From the IMG/VR virus record IMGVR_UViG_3300042477_000769: a stretch of DNA of 64,000 nucleotides; one strand, 5' to 3'. Below, in pieces: positions 38,701 through 47,668 of this stretch. Origin of the DNA: a virus (lineage: Duplodnaviria > Caudoviricetes). Made by a program: the position numbers and the translations under genes. Under the pieces are notes generated by a model. It searched no databases. It saw only the letters and a list, made by a program, of their open reading frames with translations, and had not been told where the DNA came from. How positions within the stretch are numbered: the first letter of the stretch is position 1; every line of letters starts with the position of its first letter.

Positions 38701-40825
38701 AGAAGTCTTTTGTGATACTCAAGGGCATATTCGATGTCGCCCGCCGCAATATAATAGAATGCCGAGTTCTGTGTTTTATAAGATGATGTATCTTAAACAG
38801 GCACTAGATATTCAAATCTTTCCTCAATTTTTAGCTGATTTATTTAACACCAAATTAGAAACTTTAAGAACTCAAGTAGAAATTATAGAAGATGAAATTA
38901 GATTAAGTTGTGCTTTATTAGCTAAAAATACAGATGAAGAAGCCGTTAATTTTATTTTATATAATGGCAGCTCTTTAAGCACTAATAGTCCCACGGCTGG
39001 TACTGGAGACACTTTCTCTTTCTTATCGGCAGAAGACAGCGGAATTGTGTCTAACATTTCATTGTTATTAAAAGCGGCTAACCCTGATGAAAGAGATGAT
39101 TTACAGCCACAAGATTTAGATACTTTTGATACTTTAGAAAAAAATGCTTTATCTACTAAAAATTTATTTAGTATGAGAGCTAAGTATTATAGTATAGTTA
39201 ATTCTTTAGTGAGTCAAGAATTAACGACGGCAGGGTTTCCAGAGATTATTACTGATGAAGTATTTAATAGTGAAAGAGTGAATGAATTAGTTAATAGAAT
39301 TCAAACCAAATCTGGTCAACGTGTTGCCTTAAATGATTATTTAATTAAAAGAGATACTATTACCGTCATAGAATTGCCTGATAATTCAACTATTGATGTT
39401 TTTAAAGTTATCAAGGATTTATTCTTTCAAATTGGTAAGCGTCAAAAAGTAATTAAATTATTTTATCATACTTTGAAAAATGCACAAGAATTCAAATCAT
39501 TGGATGATAACGATGATACCACCGGAAATGCATTAATTACTCCGGGAGTATATGGTAACTCAAATATTCCAGAAGTATTTGAGCATATGATAGAAGATGA
39601 AACTTTTGATGATTATGGCCTTAATTCCGGGCAAAGATATATTATTAAAAGAAGCCAAATTAAATCATTAAATATTTCAGAAAATCCTCCGCCATTTACT
39701 GCAGTAGAAGTACAAGGAGTCTTGGATCCATTTATTAGTAATAATGATTTGCCACCAGGTTTAGTTGGAGCGTTTGATGGCAATGGAAATGGCATGACCA
39801 CGGCTAAGGCTATTGATTACGATATGTGGAGAATGTATGGCTATAAAGAAGGTGCACCGATTAATGTGCCATTTTTATCTGACCCTACTTCGCAATGTGG
39901 GCCCTATGCCAGTATGATACTAAGTAAAAATAGAAAGAATATTTTACAGGGAACAGTTACTATTTCTGGTAATGAATATATGCAACCAGGAGAAGTAGTT
40001 TTTCTAGAAGACAGACAAATGTTATTTTATGTCTCTTCTGTAAGCCACACTTTTACTCAAGGTCGTTCTTTTGATACTACCTTAAATTTAACTTATGGTC
40101 ATACTCCAGGAGAGTATATTCCCAATGTGACTGATATTATTGGTAAATTAATTTATAATAACCGAGATGTTGCCGAGCTAGTTATCGATAGACAGAGCAG
40201 TTCGTCAAATGAATTAAGTATTGGTGTCATTCAAAGAAGCAATGATGATTCCGGTATCGATAATTCTGCTAATTTAAATAACTTATCTAAAACATTTGAT
40301 GTATTTAATGCTCAAACTATTGAAAATATTTTATATACTACTCGATATTTATTAAATGCAAATGAATCAGAAAATCAACAAGCCATTGCATCCATTGAGT
40401 TAAGAATTTATCATGACAATAATAATAAACCAGATCCTGATTTAGAAGGTTATGCTAATGGAATTAGAGATATTCTACTTGGTAGAAATGATGCTACCGA
40501 TTTAGCTAGTAAAGATTTAATAGTTCCTCTTAATATTAAGCAAGTAAAACCAATTGAAGATAGTTTTGTTAATTTAGATGATACCGATGACCGCCGCTCT
40601 CCTTCTCAAAAAGCTATTGATGCAGCGCGCAACCACAAAGAGACAATATCCACTAATGGTGGAGGAGCTTCTAATCCTGGGACGGAGGATGATGGTGGGC
40701 AAGCGACGGAGACAGAGTCCCCAAATATTAATAAAGATAGTATTAGGGTATCTTTATTTAAGTATATAATAGATTGTTGGGTAACTATCCAGCCAATATT
40801 TCCTCAAACTTCTAATGGGTCTTAA
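35774..40825 (+). CDS. Large baseplate hub protein
   Basis: IQPMDTIHIYI, EVFCDTQGHIRCRPP and TISGNEYMQPGEVV...FYVSSVSHTF hub-like motifs. Confidence 0.7.
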   Translation: MSFLGELANQISSQFSLGENTNTTLDSIDLQTGKTIPYGSLGEFAKNFDQSAERRYVEEGYLRKDPYNVDPKKFEVLLQEPSATVLIKKKMFSSVGENFRPDYMDQEEKVYYRAMRFLFQNKCRQIANLEKLSKIQKITSAMGSLPDQLMPIIFTLSDELSDGLSGGNSAISGNSVLTQEAGSVSDTLNRLRRIYAFNTTSKMTSWITDATNLYQSQLGQGTGVIEITNFTNLTTNVTTSLNSPGSFTLSISDPYESMLITEYDIERAISDATNMFYNSRLTEFSSESAGTLINDLLAKINYIRSERKASPISIKVNPDTLLGKRVVVILDRRGIELPFTYDSTSAQSIFSGGALGGGVTVASQYLRGGIIAGEDGLDTQPQTFNNFPFSSVNPGTHNGIDSEFSIFNRLISTIFSKISLEANSKGAFQTQNKETNYARRKMRFNFSGKLLIQPMDTIHIYINSKSRYDNKLLSGLPNMFNGLGMLQNLNNTLTNLQNAVGALDPAGNIGLQIEKSVYVGQEFPNFLWNLIRGQFISENEGTHVFAGVVQGAKSNWSNGRFQVDINGGDNTVYFDQGKVNFNPGADAFNGAMFDPLTPFKSNFDSINSNASDAIPELLEDNKVLLGTRQNQNGGSSGAALVKNKLGRFAGELVNEQNIIQDRNFDPITGRITKVFYAPDGLVYKWKEGIGVFVQFGSNLSLNNPALVGNPNTAKEPFAGQNVMNVLSLLITGVPYNFATYFKAAVEFDSITADPQSKQNAVNSFLQGLRTDLTKSNTLWGNFIPFKNLKVDEPSFVQAINKTATVVQKNQVLDNQIRKLQDFQQERMINGAATLVSAYTTKNEKVASELDNRIQLLQQDIQTTINDIASADASFIQEVGDDISFDSNQFIDSGQDKKTAGETRRFLRRQLNHLTRRMSYNVRANEDKNLFIVDDFYDKDFDILAYEKALSDGIKLYNSEFTSVRQKINHVAQLLDLEVFCDTQGHIRCRPPQYNRMPSSVFYKMMYLKQALDIQIFPQFLADLFNTKLETLRTQVEIIEDEIRLSCALLAKNTDEEAVNFILYNGSSLSTNSPTAGTGDTFSFLSAEDSGIVSNISLLLKAANPDERDDLQPQDLDTFDTLEKNALSTKNLFSMRAKYYSIVNSLVSQELTTAGFPEIITDEVFNSERVNELVNRIQTKSGQRVALNDYLIKRDTITVIELPDNSTIDVFKVIKDLFFQIGKRQKVIKLFYHTLKNAQEFKSLDDNDDTTGNALITPGVYGNSNIPEVFEHMIEDETFDDYGLNSGQRYIIKRSQIKSLNISENPPPFTAVEVQGVLDPFISNNDLPPGLVGAFDGNGNGMTTAKAIDYDMWRMYGYKEGAPINVPFLSDPTSQCGPYASMILSKNRKNILQGTVTISGNEYMQPGEVVFLEDRQMLFYVSSVSHTFTQGRSFDTTLNLTYGHTPGEYIPNVTDIIGKLIYNNRDVAELVIDRQSSSSNELSIGVIQRSNDDSGIDNSANLNNLSKTFDVFNAQTIENILYTTRYLLNANESENQQAIASIELRIYHDNNNKPDPDLEGYANGIRDILLGRNDATDLASKDLIVPLNIKQVKPIEDSFVNLDDTDDRRSPSQKAIDAARNHKETISTNGGGASNPGTEDDGGQATETESPNINKDSIRVSLFKYIIDCWVTIQPIFPQTSNGS

Positions 40826-40827
40826 TT

Positions 40828-42861
40828 ATGATAGATAATGGCGTAAATAAATTTGATGAAGTAGTAGGTCTATTAAAAAGGGCTACTATTGTCAATTATT
40901 TGCCCGATCGTGATATTATTCAAGTTAAATTAGCTGCGGGTCAATCTGCGTTAAAGGGGCAAAGCCCCTTAGTCCCTATTGATGTTCCTGCCCCACATGG
41001 ACTATTTTATAATAATGGTTTATTTATTGGAACCTTGCCGGATATTGGAACCCCAGTAGTTATTGGCCAAGGAAGCGGTGGGCAATATCATTTTGTCTCT
41101 TTTTTAGCGGAAAATATCACTAAAGTTCCAGTATTAAAATCGGGAGAATTATTAATTCGTGGTTCTGAAACTGCGGTTATTACCTTAAATAAAAATAATG
41201 ATATTTCTGTTGGTTCAGAAACTAATAAAATTCATATTAATGCTCAAAGTAATTTAATTACTACTAATTTTAACAATGAAAATCATTTTACTCAAGCTTC
41301 TAGAAAAATAGAAGGAGTAGTTAAACGAGATTTATTAAGAAATACTAAGTTTGATCAAAATAATAAGTTAGAAAGTGACGATTACGATTCTAAATTTAAA
41401 ATTATTGGTATGGACCCCAGCTCTAATGCTAATAGTGTTATCACTGGTCCCTATAAAAATCCGCCCTTAGTAGAATCACGAGAAATCATTTATGAGTTTC
41501 AATTTGAATCAGAGATAGAAAATGATGCTATTGAATCGCTAAGATATAGTGACATAAATACTGATAATAATTACACTTTTCCAAATCGAAGAAACAGCCG
41601 AGCAGATTTACTCAGTTTATCTTTAGTGGCGCCTAATTATTTAATTGAAACTGTCAAAGGCACAGTGGTGGATATTTTTGGTAATATTTTAGATCTCAAT
41701 CGATATCCATTGCCTATTGGAACAGATCAAGCGACAATCAATAAAGATAGTACTATTGATAAAAGTGAGGCATTTTTATTAATTAAAGAATTAGAACGAA
41801 AAAGTTTAGCTTATCATTTTGAAATTAATACTCGCAAAGATTTACAGGGTCAACCTGCTACTAATTTTATTGATTCTAGTGATGATTATGCAAGAATTAG
41901 AAGTCGTTTCTTTTTAGATATTGATAAAGAAGGGCAATTTAAATTAAATGTTCCGGCTTCTAGTGAAAAGGGTAACATTCCCTTATTAACTAGATATGAA
42001 AATTATTCTACTTTTGGGTCAGAAGATAATGGTAATCCTAATAAGTTAGTTTTTCAAGGGGCAGGTAATAATTTTGATGTTTATCAAGATTCTTTTGCTT
42101 CTCCAATTCTGACGCCTAGTGATGGAGGATTTTTACCATCTTCTGATAAAGGATCCATTACCTTAAAAACTTCTTCTGGAGCTGATGGAGCGCCACAAGA
42201 CAGACTGACCGGAAATCATATCAAGCATGGAATGGTATTCCATGATATTTTGCAAACTTGCTTTGCTCATCAAAATAATCAATTCATTAATTATCCTACC
42301 AATGCTTACATCTCGCCTATTTTAAATAATATCCCGACATTAAATAATGTAGTTTCTAAAACTATTGTGATTGATGGAGATGAGGCTCGGGCTGGAGGAA
42401 GAAGCGGCTCTTTAAATTTTGATGGGTCCTTAGAATTAAATATTGGAGCTAATACTATCGATCGTCAATCGATGTGGTGCAGTATGGCTGGTGGGGCAGT
42501 GTATAATATTGGTCGAGATATTAATGGTCGAAGCATTATGGCAGCTACGGGTGGAGATTTTTATTTACAAGTAGGCGGGTTTGGGATTACTGGAGATTCA
42601 AGATTTGAGGAAGGCGGAATTAATCCGCAAGATAATTCTATTAAGGGCGCGGTGTTAGATTTACGTATTTTGAGTAATGGTGGTTATTGTCATATGATTA
42701 GAATAGATGACAATGGTATTACTTTAATGACTCCTGGTAATATGGCGATTCATGCTAAAGGAGCCTTGGAGTTAACTTCTGATCAAAGTATTAGAATAGA
42801 AGCTCCCAATGTTACTATGCAAAAACGATTGGTACTTAATGCTCCTATGGGATCTATTTGA
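40828..42861 (+). CDS. Baseplate central spike (gp5/VgrG-like)
   Basis: N-terminal OB-fold pattern (LPDIGTPVVIG); C-terminal beta-helix-like IRIDDNGITL...MAIHAKGALEL. Confidence 0.65.
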   Translation: MIDNGVNKFDEVVGLLKRATIVNYLPDRDIIQVKLAAGQSALKGQSPLVPIDVPAPHGLFYNNGLFIGTLPDIGTPVVIGQGSGGQYHFVSFLAENITKVPVLKSGELLIRGSETAVITLNKNNDISVGSETNKIHINAQSNLITTNFNNENHFTQASRKIEGVVKRDLLRNTKFDQNNKLESDDYDSKFKIIGMDPSSNANSVITGPYKNPPLVESREIIYEFQFESEIENDAIESLRYSDINTDNNYTFPNRRNSRADLLSLSLVAPNYLIETVKGTVVDIFGNILDLNRYPLPIGTDQATINKDSTIDKSEAFLLIKELERKSLAYHFEINTRKDLQGQPATNFIDSSDDYARIRSRFFLDIDKEGQFKLNVPASSEKGNIPLLTRYENYSTFGSEDNGNPNKLVFQGAGNNFDVYQDSFASPILTPSDGGFLPSSDKGSITLKTSSGADGAPQDRLTGNHIKHGMVFHDILQTCFAHQNNQFINYPTNAYISPILNNIPTLNNVVSKTIVIDGDEARAGGRSGSLNFDGSLELNIGANTIDRQSMWCSMAGGAVYNIGRDINGRSIMAATGGDFYLQVGGFGITGDSRFEEGGINPQDNSIKGAVLDLRILSNGGYCHMIRIDDNGITLMTPGNMAIHAKGALELTSDQSIRIEAPNVTMQKRLVLNAPMGSI

Positions 42862-42868
42862 GGTGAAT

Positions 42869-43219
42869 ATGAGAAAATTAAATAGTGTTATTTATAATAA
42901 GTTATTAGCTCAAGCAGAAGAAGCGAAAGATCAAGGTCATACTAAATTAGCTAATTCTATTCATGTGTGTATTGGAGCTTATCCAGAAAATGAAGTGACG
43001 GAATATGAATATTCTCAATTAGAAGAAGACCTTAAAATGGAAATGTGGAAAGCGGCAGCTAATGTTATTAACTACTATGGCGTAGAGAGTGTAGATGCGG
43101 AAAAAATGGATGAAGCATTAACCGCCTGTGCTAATAAAATGTTAACAGAATTAGAACAAGTATTAGGAATAGAGAACAAATTTGGACCTTTTGAACCAAA
43201 AGTATTAGGCCAAAAATAA
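42869..43219 (+). CDS. Small helical hypothetical protein (start revised to 42869)
   Basis: SD GAGGTG precedes ATG 42869. Confidence 0.65.
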   Translation: MRKLNSVIYNKLLAQAEEAKDQGHTKLANSIHVCIGAYPENEVTEYEYSQLEEDLKMEMWKAAANVINYYGVESVDAEKMDEALTACANKMLTELEQVLGIENKFGPFEPKVLGQK

Positions 43220-43243
43220 TATTTTGAAGTTATATAATAAATA

Positions 43244-45445
43244 ATGGCACCCTGTAATCCTAATGATCTTTCTATTCCAGTTCCAGATGGCCCTAGTGGG
43301 CCATCCATTCCTGGATTTGGTACACCTTTTATTCCTAAAGGTCCAAATTTAAATCCTTTTCCAGAAGGGTTTCCTGAAGATATTTTAGAATTATTCAATC
43401 AATTACAATTATTGATTCCTCCGGGAGCCTTAAAACCACAATTAAATCCTAATTATGGTAAAGATGTATTTGATGCTATAATGAAGTTGTTAGATCAATT
43501 TATGCCATTTTTAATGTTGTATAAATTTTTCTTACCAGTTTTAGAATTAATCATTTGTATCATTGAAGTATTATGCGCACTAATGAACCCCTTTAAATTA
43601 GTGAGAGCATTAAATAGATTATTTACTCAATGTATTCCGGCCTTTTTAAATCTATTTCCTATTTTTGCTTTAGTAATAATGATTATTTCTTTATTGTTGC
43701 TAATTTTGGCCTTAATTGAATATATTGTGGCTCAGATAATTAAATTTATTGAAATCGTGACTCGTAATATTTTGGCTTTGCAAAAATCATTTGCTGATGG
43801 AGATGCCGAATCTATTAAAGCAATTGCCTTGAAGCTGGGTTCGTTATTATGTATTTTTCAAAACTTATTTGTTTTGTTTGCAATCTTTAATATTATCATT
43901 CAAGTAATTAAAGATATTTTGGCTTTAGTTTTTGCCATTCCACCATGTGAAGATAGTGCGGCGGAAGATTTAGATGGTTGCTGTACTCCAGATGTCTGTC
44001 CTTCCATTGTGAAGGAAGAGTATACTAGAACTACTGGCACTTTACAATACTTAAATAAAGTGGGCGTAGAAACTTCTGTGGTGTTACCTCCACAATTTGG
44101 CGGAGCTTTTAGTGTAGATATTCGCCCAGAAAGTTGGCAAATCTATGATATTCAGCAACCTATCCCACAACAATTTAAAAATATTTATGATGGTTATGAT
44201 GTACCAGTACCATTTGGTTTAGAGTTTTTGCCATTTGCCAAGCCAGTCTTTTTCCCCACCGCTTTAACTTATACTGCAGAATCAGATCCTAAGCAGGCTC
44301 CATATGTTTTAGATTTACGATTATTTTATAATCCAGCTAATTGGGGTCGGCCAGGATTAGCACGATATGTTAGATTTACTAATTGTATTATGTTAACAGT
44401 GCCATCTAGCACATTAACTTTAGGTAATTTGCTTAAATTACCCATTCCAACAGCAGTAGCTAGTATTGCTGGAGGATTTGGTTATGAAGATGATGGTTAT
44501 ACTAAATTAACTGGATTTGATACAGATGGTGTTACTCCAATTGATGCTCAAGCTACTTTAAATAACTTTTTACATAAAGCAGCAGAAAATTCTACTAATC
44601 CTTCTCTTTCCATTACTGATGGATATACTTTCCAAAATATAGAATATACTTTTAGACCCAATATTGCGCCGTTATTAGCTACTAATTTAGTCACTTTAGG
44701 GTGTGCTCCCGATATTGCTATTAATAGGACCTTTGTCAATAATGTATTTGCTGGTGATATTGCGCTCAAGACGCAATTATTGCGCAATCTATTAAATAAT
44801 CCTAATTTTACTAATCCAGGAGCGGCCCAACAATGTCTCTCTACCGCAGTAGCTAATTTAAGTACTAATATGACGTTAGAAGGGGCAGCAGAGTTTCAAA
44901 CAACGACTACATTATGTTTACAAAAACTCAAAGATGATACGAACAGTGCCTTAGGAGAATTAATTGGTATTGGTTTTGATCCATGTAAGAGTAGTTTTAC
45001 TTTAGAGCCAAAAGTTCAATTTACAACTAAACCCATTATTGTTTCTGTTTCGTTAAATGAACGAAATGGATTATCCTTAACTGCCGGATTATCTGAGGAA
45101 GTAGCCGCTAATTTAGCTGATAGAATCTCACCACATATTACTTTTGGCGAAATTAGCAGATTTAGTTATGATGGATACCAAGCTTTTACGGCCGAATTAA
45201 CTAGTAAAAATCCAGGGAGTGGAAGTATTATGATTTCTTTTGATAATAATACTTTATGTAATAATAAATTGCCTGAAACTGGTGATTCGGCTGATGTACT
45301 ACCTGAACATACCTTACAATCAATTGATTATCAATTTATCTATGCACCATATGGTGTTGCAACAGATAGTGATGGTAAGCCACGAAGAGACGCGGGTGAC
45401 GTGGCTATTACTGGACTAGTTAATCCTGGTAACGGAGGCGGTTAA
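43244..45445 (+). CDS. Baseplate-region protein with a long hydrophobic helical segment and a C-terminal Ig-like domain
   Basis: Residues about 86-230 are largely L/I/F/V/C; Pro-rich N-terminus; four DGY motifs. Confidence 0.6.
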   Translation: MAPCNPNDLSIPVPDGPSGPSIPGFGTPFIPKGPNLNPFPEGFPEDILELFNQLQLLIPPGALKPQLNPNYGKDVFDAIMKLLDQFMPFLMLYKFFLPVLELIICIIEVLCALMNPFKLVRALNRLFTQCIPAFLNLFPIFALVIMIISLLLLILALIEYIVAQIIKFIEIVTRNILALQKSFADGDAESIKAIALKLGSLLCIFQNLFVLFAIFNIIIQVIKDILALVFAIPPCEDSAAEDLDGCCTPDVCPSIVKEEYTRTTGTLQYLNKVGVETSVVLPPQFGGAFSVDIRPESWQIYDIQQPIPQQFKNIYDGYDVPVPFGLEFLPFAKPVFFPTALTYTAESDPKQAPYVLDLRLFYNPANWGRPGLARYVRFTNCIMLTVPSSTLTLGNLLKLPIPTAVASIAGGFGYEDDGYTKLTGFDTDGVTPIDAQATLNNFLHKAAENSTNPSLSITDGYTFQNIEYTFRPNIAPLLATNLVTLGCAPDIAINRTFVNNVFAGDIALKTQLLRNLLNNPNFTNPGAAQQCLSTAVANLSTNMTLEGAAEFQTTTTLCLQKLKDDTNSALGELIGIGFDPCKSSFTLEPKVQFTTKPIIVSVSLNERNGLSLTAGLSEEVAANLADRISPHITFGEISRFSYDGYQAFTAELTSKNPGSGSIMISFDNNTLCNNKLPETGDSADVLPEHTLQSIDYQFIYAPYGVATDSDGKPRRDAGDVAITGLVNPGNGGG

Positions 45446-47133
45446 TGGCTAGACCTAATAGTGCTAATACTCCTAATCAAAATATCTTTCAAGACAATCA
45501 AAATTATGATATTGATATTGCTCAATTATATAATGATTGGATTGTTCCAATTGATAATATTAGAAGTTATTCTAGTATTAATCCTCAAAATACTAATATT
45601 TTAAGTTCATTAGCTAAAAGTGAAGTGATTGATATTACAGAAATTGCTAAATTAGTTAAAATGGAACAAACGATTCAAGAAAGTCGTTGTCATGCCTTTT
45701 TTAGATGGATTGGTTTTCCAGTAGCAGATAAGAGTCATCAAATCTATAATCCTGGTTTTGATATTATTAAAGATAAAACTAGAGCGTTAAATAATAAAAA
45801 GAAAATAAATATAGCAGTTAATCCAATTGAAAATTTCAATGAATTATCGGTGAAACGAGAAAATTATTCTAAAAATAATTTGGATATTTTTAACAAATCT
45901 AATTCAATTGATGCGGGAACATTGGCGCTCTCCAATGGAGGAACTAGAGCGTTAAGAAAATTTGTTACTCCGTTAGATCCAGAAAAAAGCGATGATCCGT
46001 TTGATATGAATCCAGAAAACCAGTCATATCAAGTTAATTTAGATGCTAGAGTAGGGAAAACAAAAGTCTCCTTAAAAAACTATCAAGATGTTAATGGTAA
46101 TTTTCCAACTAAATTATCTGATAAACGGCAGCATTTAATCAAGCCCTTTATTGTAGATGCTAGAATTGATTATAGTGTGGCTCCACAATCTCGTTTAATT
46201 GCTGTTCCATTTGTTTTTGATAGTTACCAAACTAAAGTAAATTCAGTCAATAATGTCACTCGCCCGTTATTAGAAAAAATAATTAGAGATAGGTTTACTA
46301 ATCAAGATCCCACAGCTAGTGCGGGCACTTCTGCTAACCAGGTATTGAAAAATATTTCTGAATCTTTAGATATTACGGATAATGAATTAATTCAAAAGGT
46401 TAGCAATCAAGATATTTATAATCAATCAGAAACCTCGCAATTTATTCAATCTATTAATGTTATTAAATCTATGATGAAAAAATTAGCTGAGGCTCAAAAC
46501 ATTGTAGAAAAAGCTCAAGGGCAATATTATTGGTTACCTATTCCATCTGCTTCAGGTCCAGAAAAAGGATGTACCGTAAAAGGGATTTTTTTGCCTAAAT
46601 TCATTAATACTACGTTAGTAACAGAGGCAGATAAAGCTATTTTAACTGCTTTCTATGATAATATCTTAAATAACTTGACCTCGGAAGGGGCATTAGCGAC
46701 AGGATCTCCTACTGGATTAGATTTTGGATTATCTACCCCTACGGTAACTTTTGGGAAAGATACTACTAATGCTTTAGGAGATAATACTAATCAAAATTTA
46801 CAAGCATTAACGTCTAAAAGATTCAAAATCTTAACCGACGCTAGTGAGGCGTTAAAAACCATTGAAATCATTATGGGAGATTTTAGCGGACTGGGGTTGT
46901 GCGATATTATTGCCATTATTAGCGCTTTAAATATTATGTCTAAAGAGAATTTAGTCGGGTTTTTAGATGAAGATGCCAAAGTCAGGATGTATACTTCGCT
47001 TAATTTAACGGAACAAACAGTTAATCCTGGAACTTATGATGCGGCGATGAATGAATTATTTTCTACAGTTCGAGATTTTTATAATTTAATGGACCAGATT
47101 TATAAAGACTTTTCACAAAAGGGCATCTCCTAA
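45445..47133 (+). CDS. Hypothetical baseplate-region protein
   Basis: 562-aa ORF coupled to the upstream stop (TAATG). Confidence 0.6.
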   Translation: MARPNSANTPNQNIFQDNQNYDIDIAQLYNDWIVPIDNIRSYSSINPQNTNILSSLAKSEVIDITEIAKLVKMEQTIQESRCHAFFRWIGFPVADKSHQIYNPGFDIIKDKTRALNNKKKINIAVNPIENFNELSVKRENYSKNNLDIFNKSNSIDAGTLALSNGGTRALRKFVTPLDPEKSDDPFDMNPENQSYQVNLDARVGKTKVSLKNYQDVNGNFPTKLSDKRQHLIKPFIVDARIDYSVAPQSRLIAVPFVFDSYQTKVNSVNNVTRPLLEKIIRDRFTNQDPTASAGTSANQVLKNISESLDITDNELIQKVSNQDIYNQSETSQFIQSINVIKSMMKKLAEAQNIVEKAQGQYYWLPIPSASGPEKGCTVKGIFLPKFINTTLVTEADKAILTAFYDNILNNLTSEGALATGSPTGLDFGLSTPTVTFGKDTTNALGDNTNQNLQALTSKRFKILTDASEALKTIEIIMGDFSGLGLCDIIAIISALNIMSKENLVGFLDEDAKVRMYTSLNLTEQTVNPGTYDAAMNELFSTVRDFYNLMDQIYKDFSQKGIS

Positions 47134-47172
47134 TATCTAATATTTCCACATTAAATAGTAGGAGTAACCGGG

Positions 47173-47604
47173 ATGTCTTTTGATTTAAAAATAACAAATG
47201 GAGACTTAGTTATCACTCAAGGCCAGATAAAAACGGTGGTTGATAGTGAGAAATTAATTCAAGATATTCTTAAAATGGCCTTGACCACTGCCGGTACTAA
47301 TCCGGTTCATCCTTGGTATGGGTCTTTCGTGTCTCGAACTTTAGTAGGAAATCCAAATTATACTAGCGTATTAGTTCAAATTGCGAAATCACAACTGACA
47401 ACTGCCCTACAAAATCTAAAAGAATTACAAGACATACAGATTAAATCTTATCAACGAATGAGTGCAGATGAGCAAATTGCGGCTATTTCTGATATTTCTA
47501 TTGTTAATAGTAGGTCAGATCCTCGATTATTTGATGTCGTTATTAAGGTATTAACTAAAGGATTAAAGCCCATTACTACTGCTTTTACTGTCTCAACGAT
47601 ATGA
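47173..47604 (+). CDS. Baseplate wedge subunit, gp25/GPW-like
   Basis: KLIQDILKMALT..G.NPVHPWYGS...DPRLFDVVIKV. Confidence 0.8.
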   Translation: MSFDLKITNGDLVITQGQIKTVVDSEKLIQDILKMALTTAGTNPVHPWYGSFVSRTLVGNPNYTSVLVQIAKSQLTTALQNLKELQDIQIKSYQRMSADEQIAAISDISIVNSRSDPRLFDVVIKVLTKGLKPITTAFTVSTI

Positions 47605-47668
47605 ATAAAATATATAAACAATCTCAAGATAAAAGTATGACTCGTGTTAATTTTAAAGGTAGTGTACT

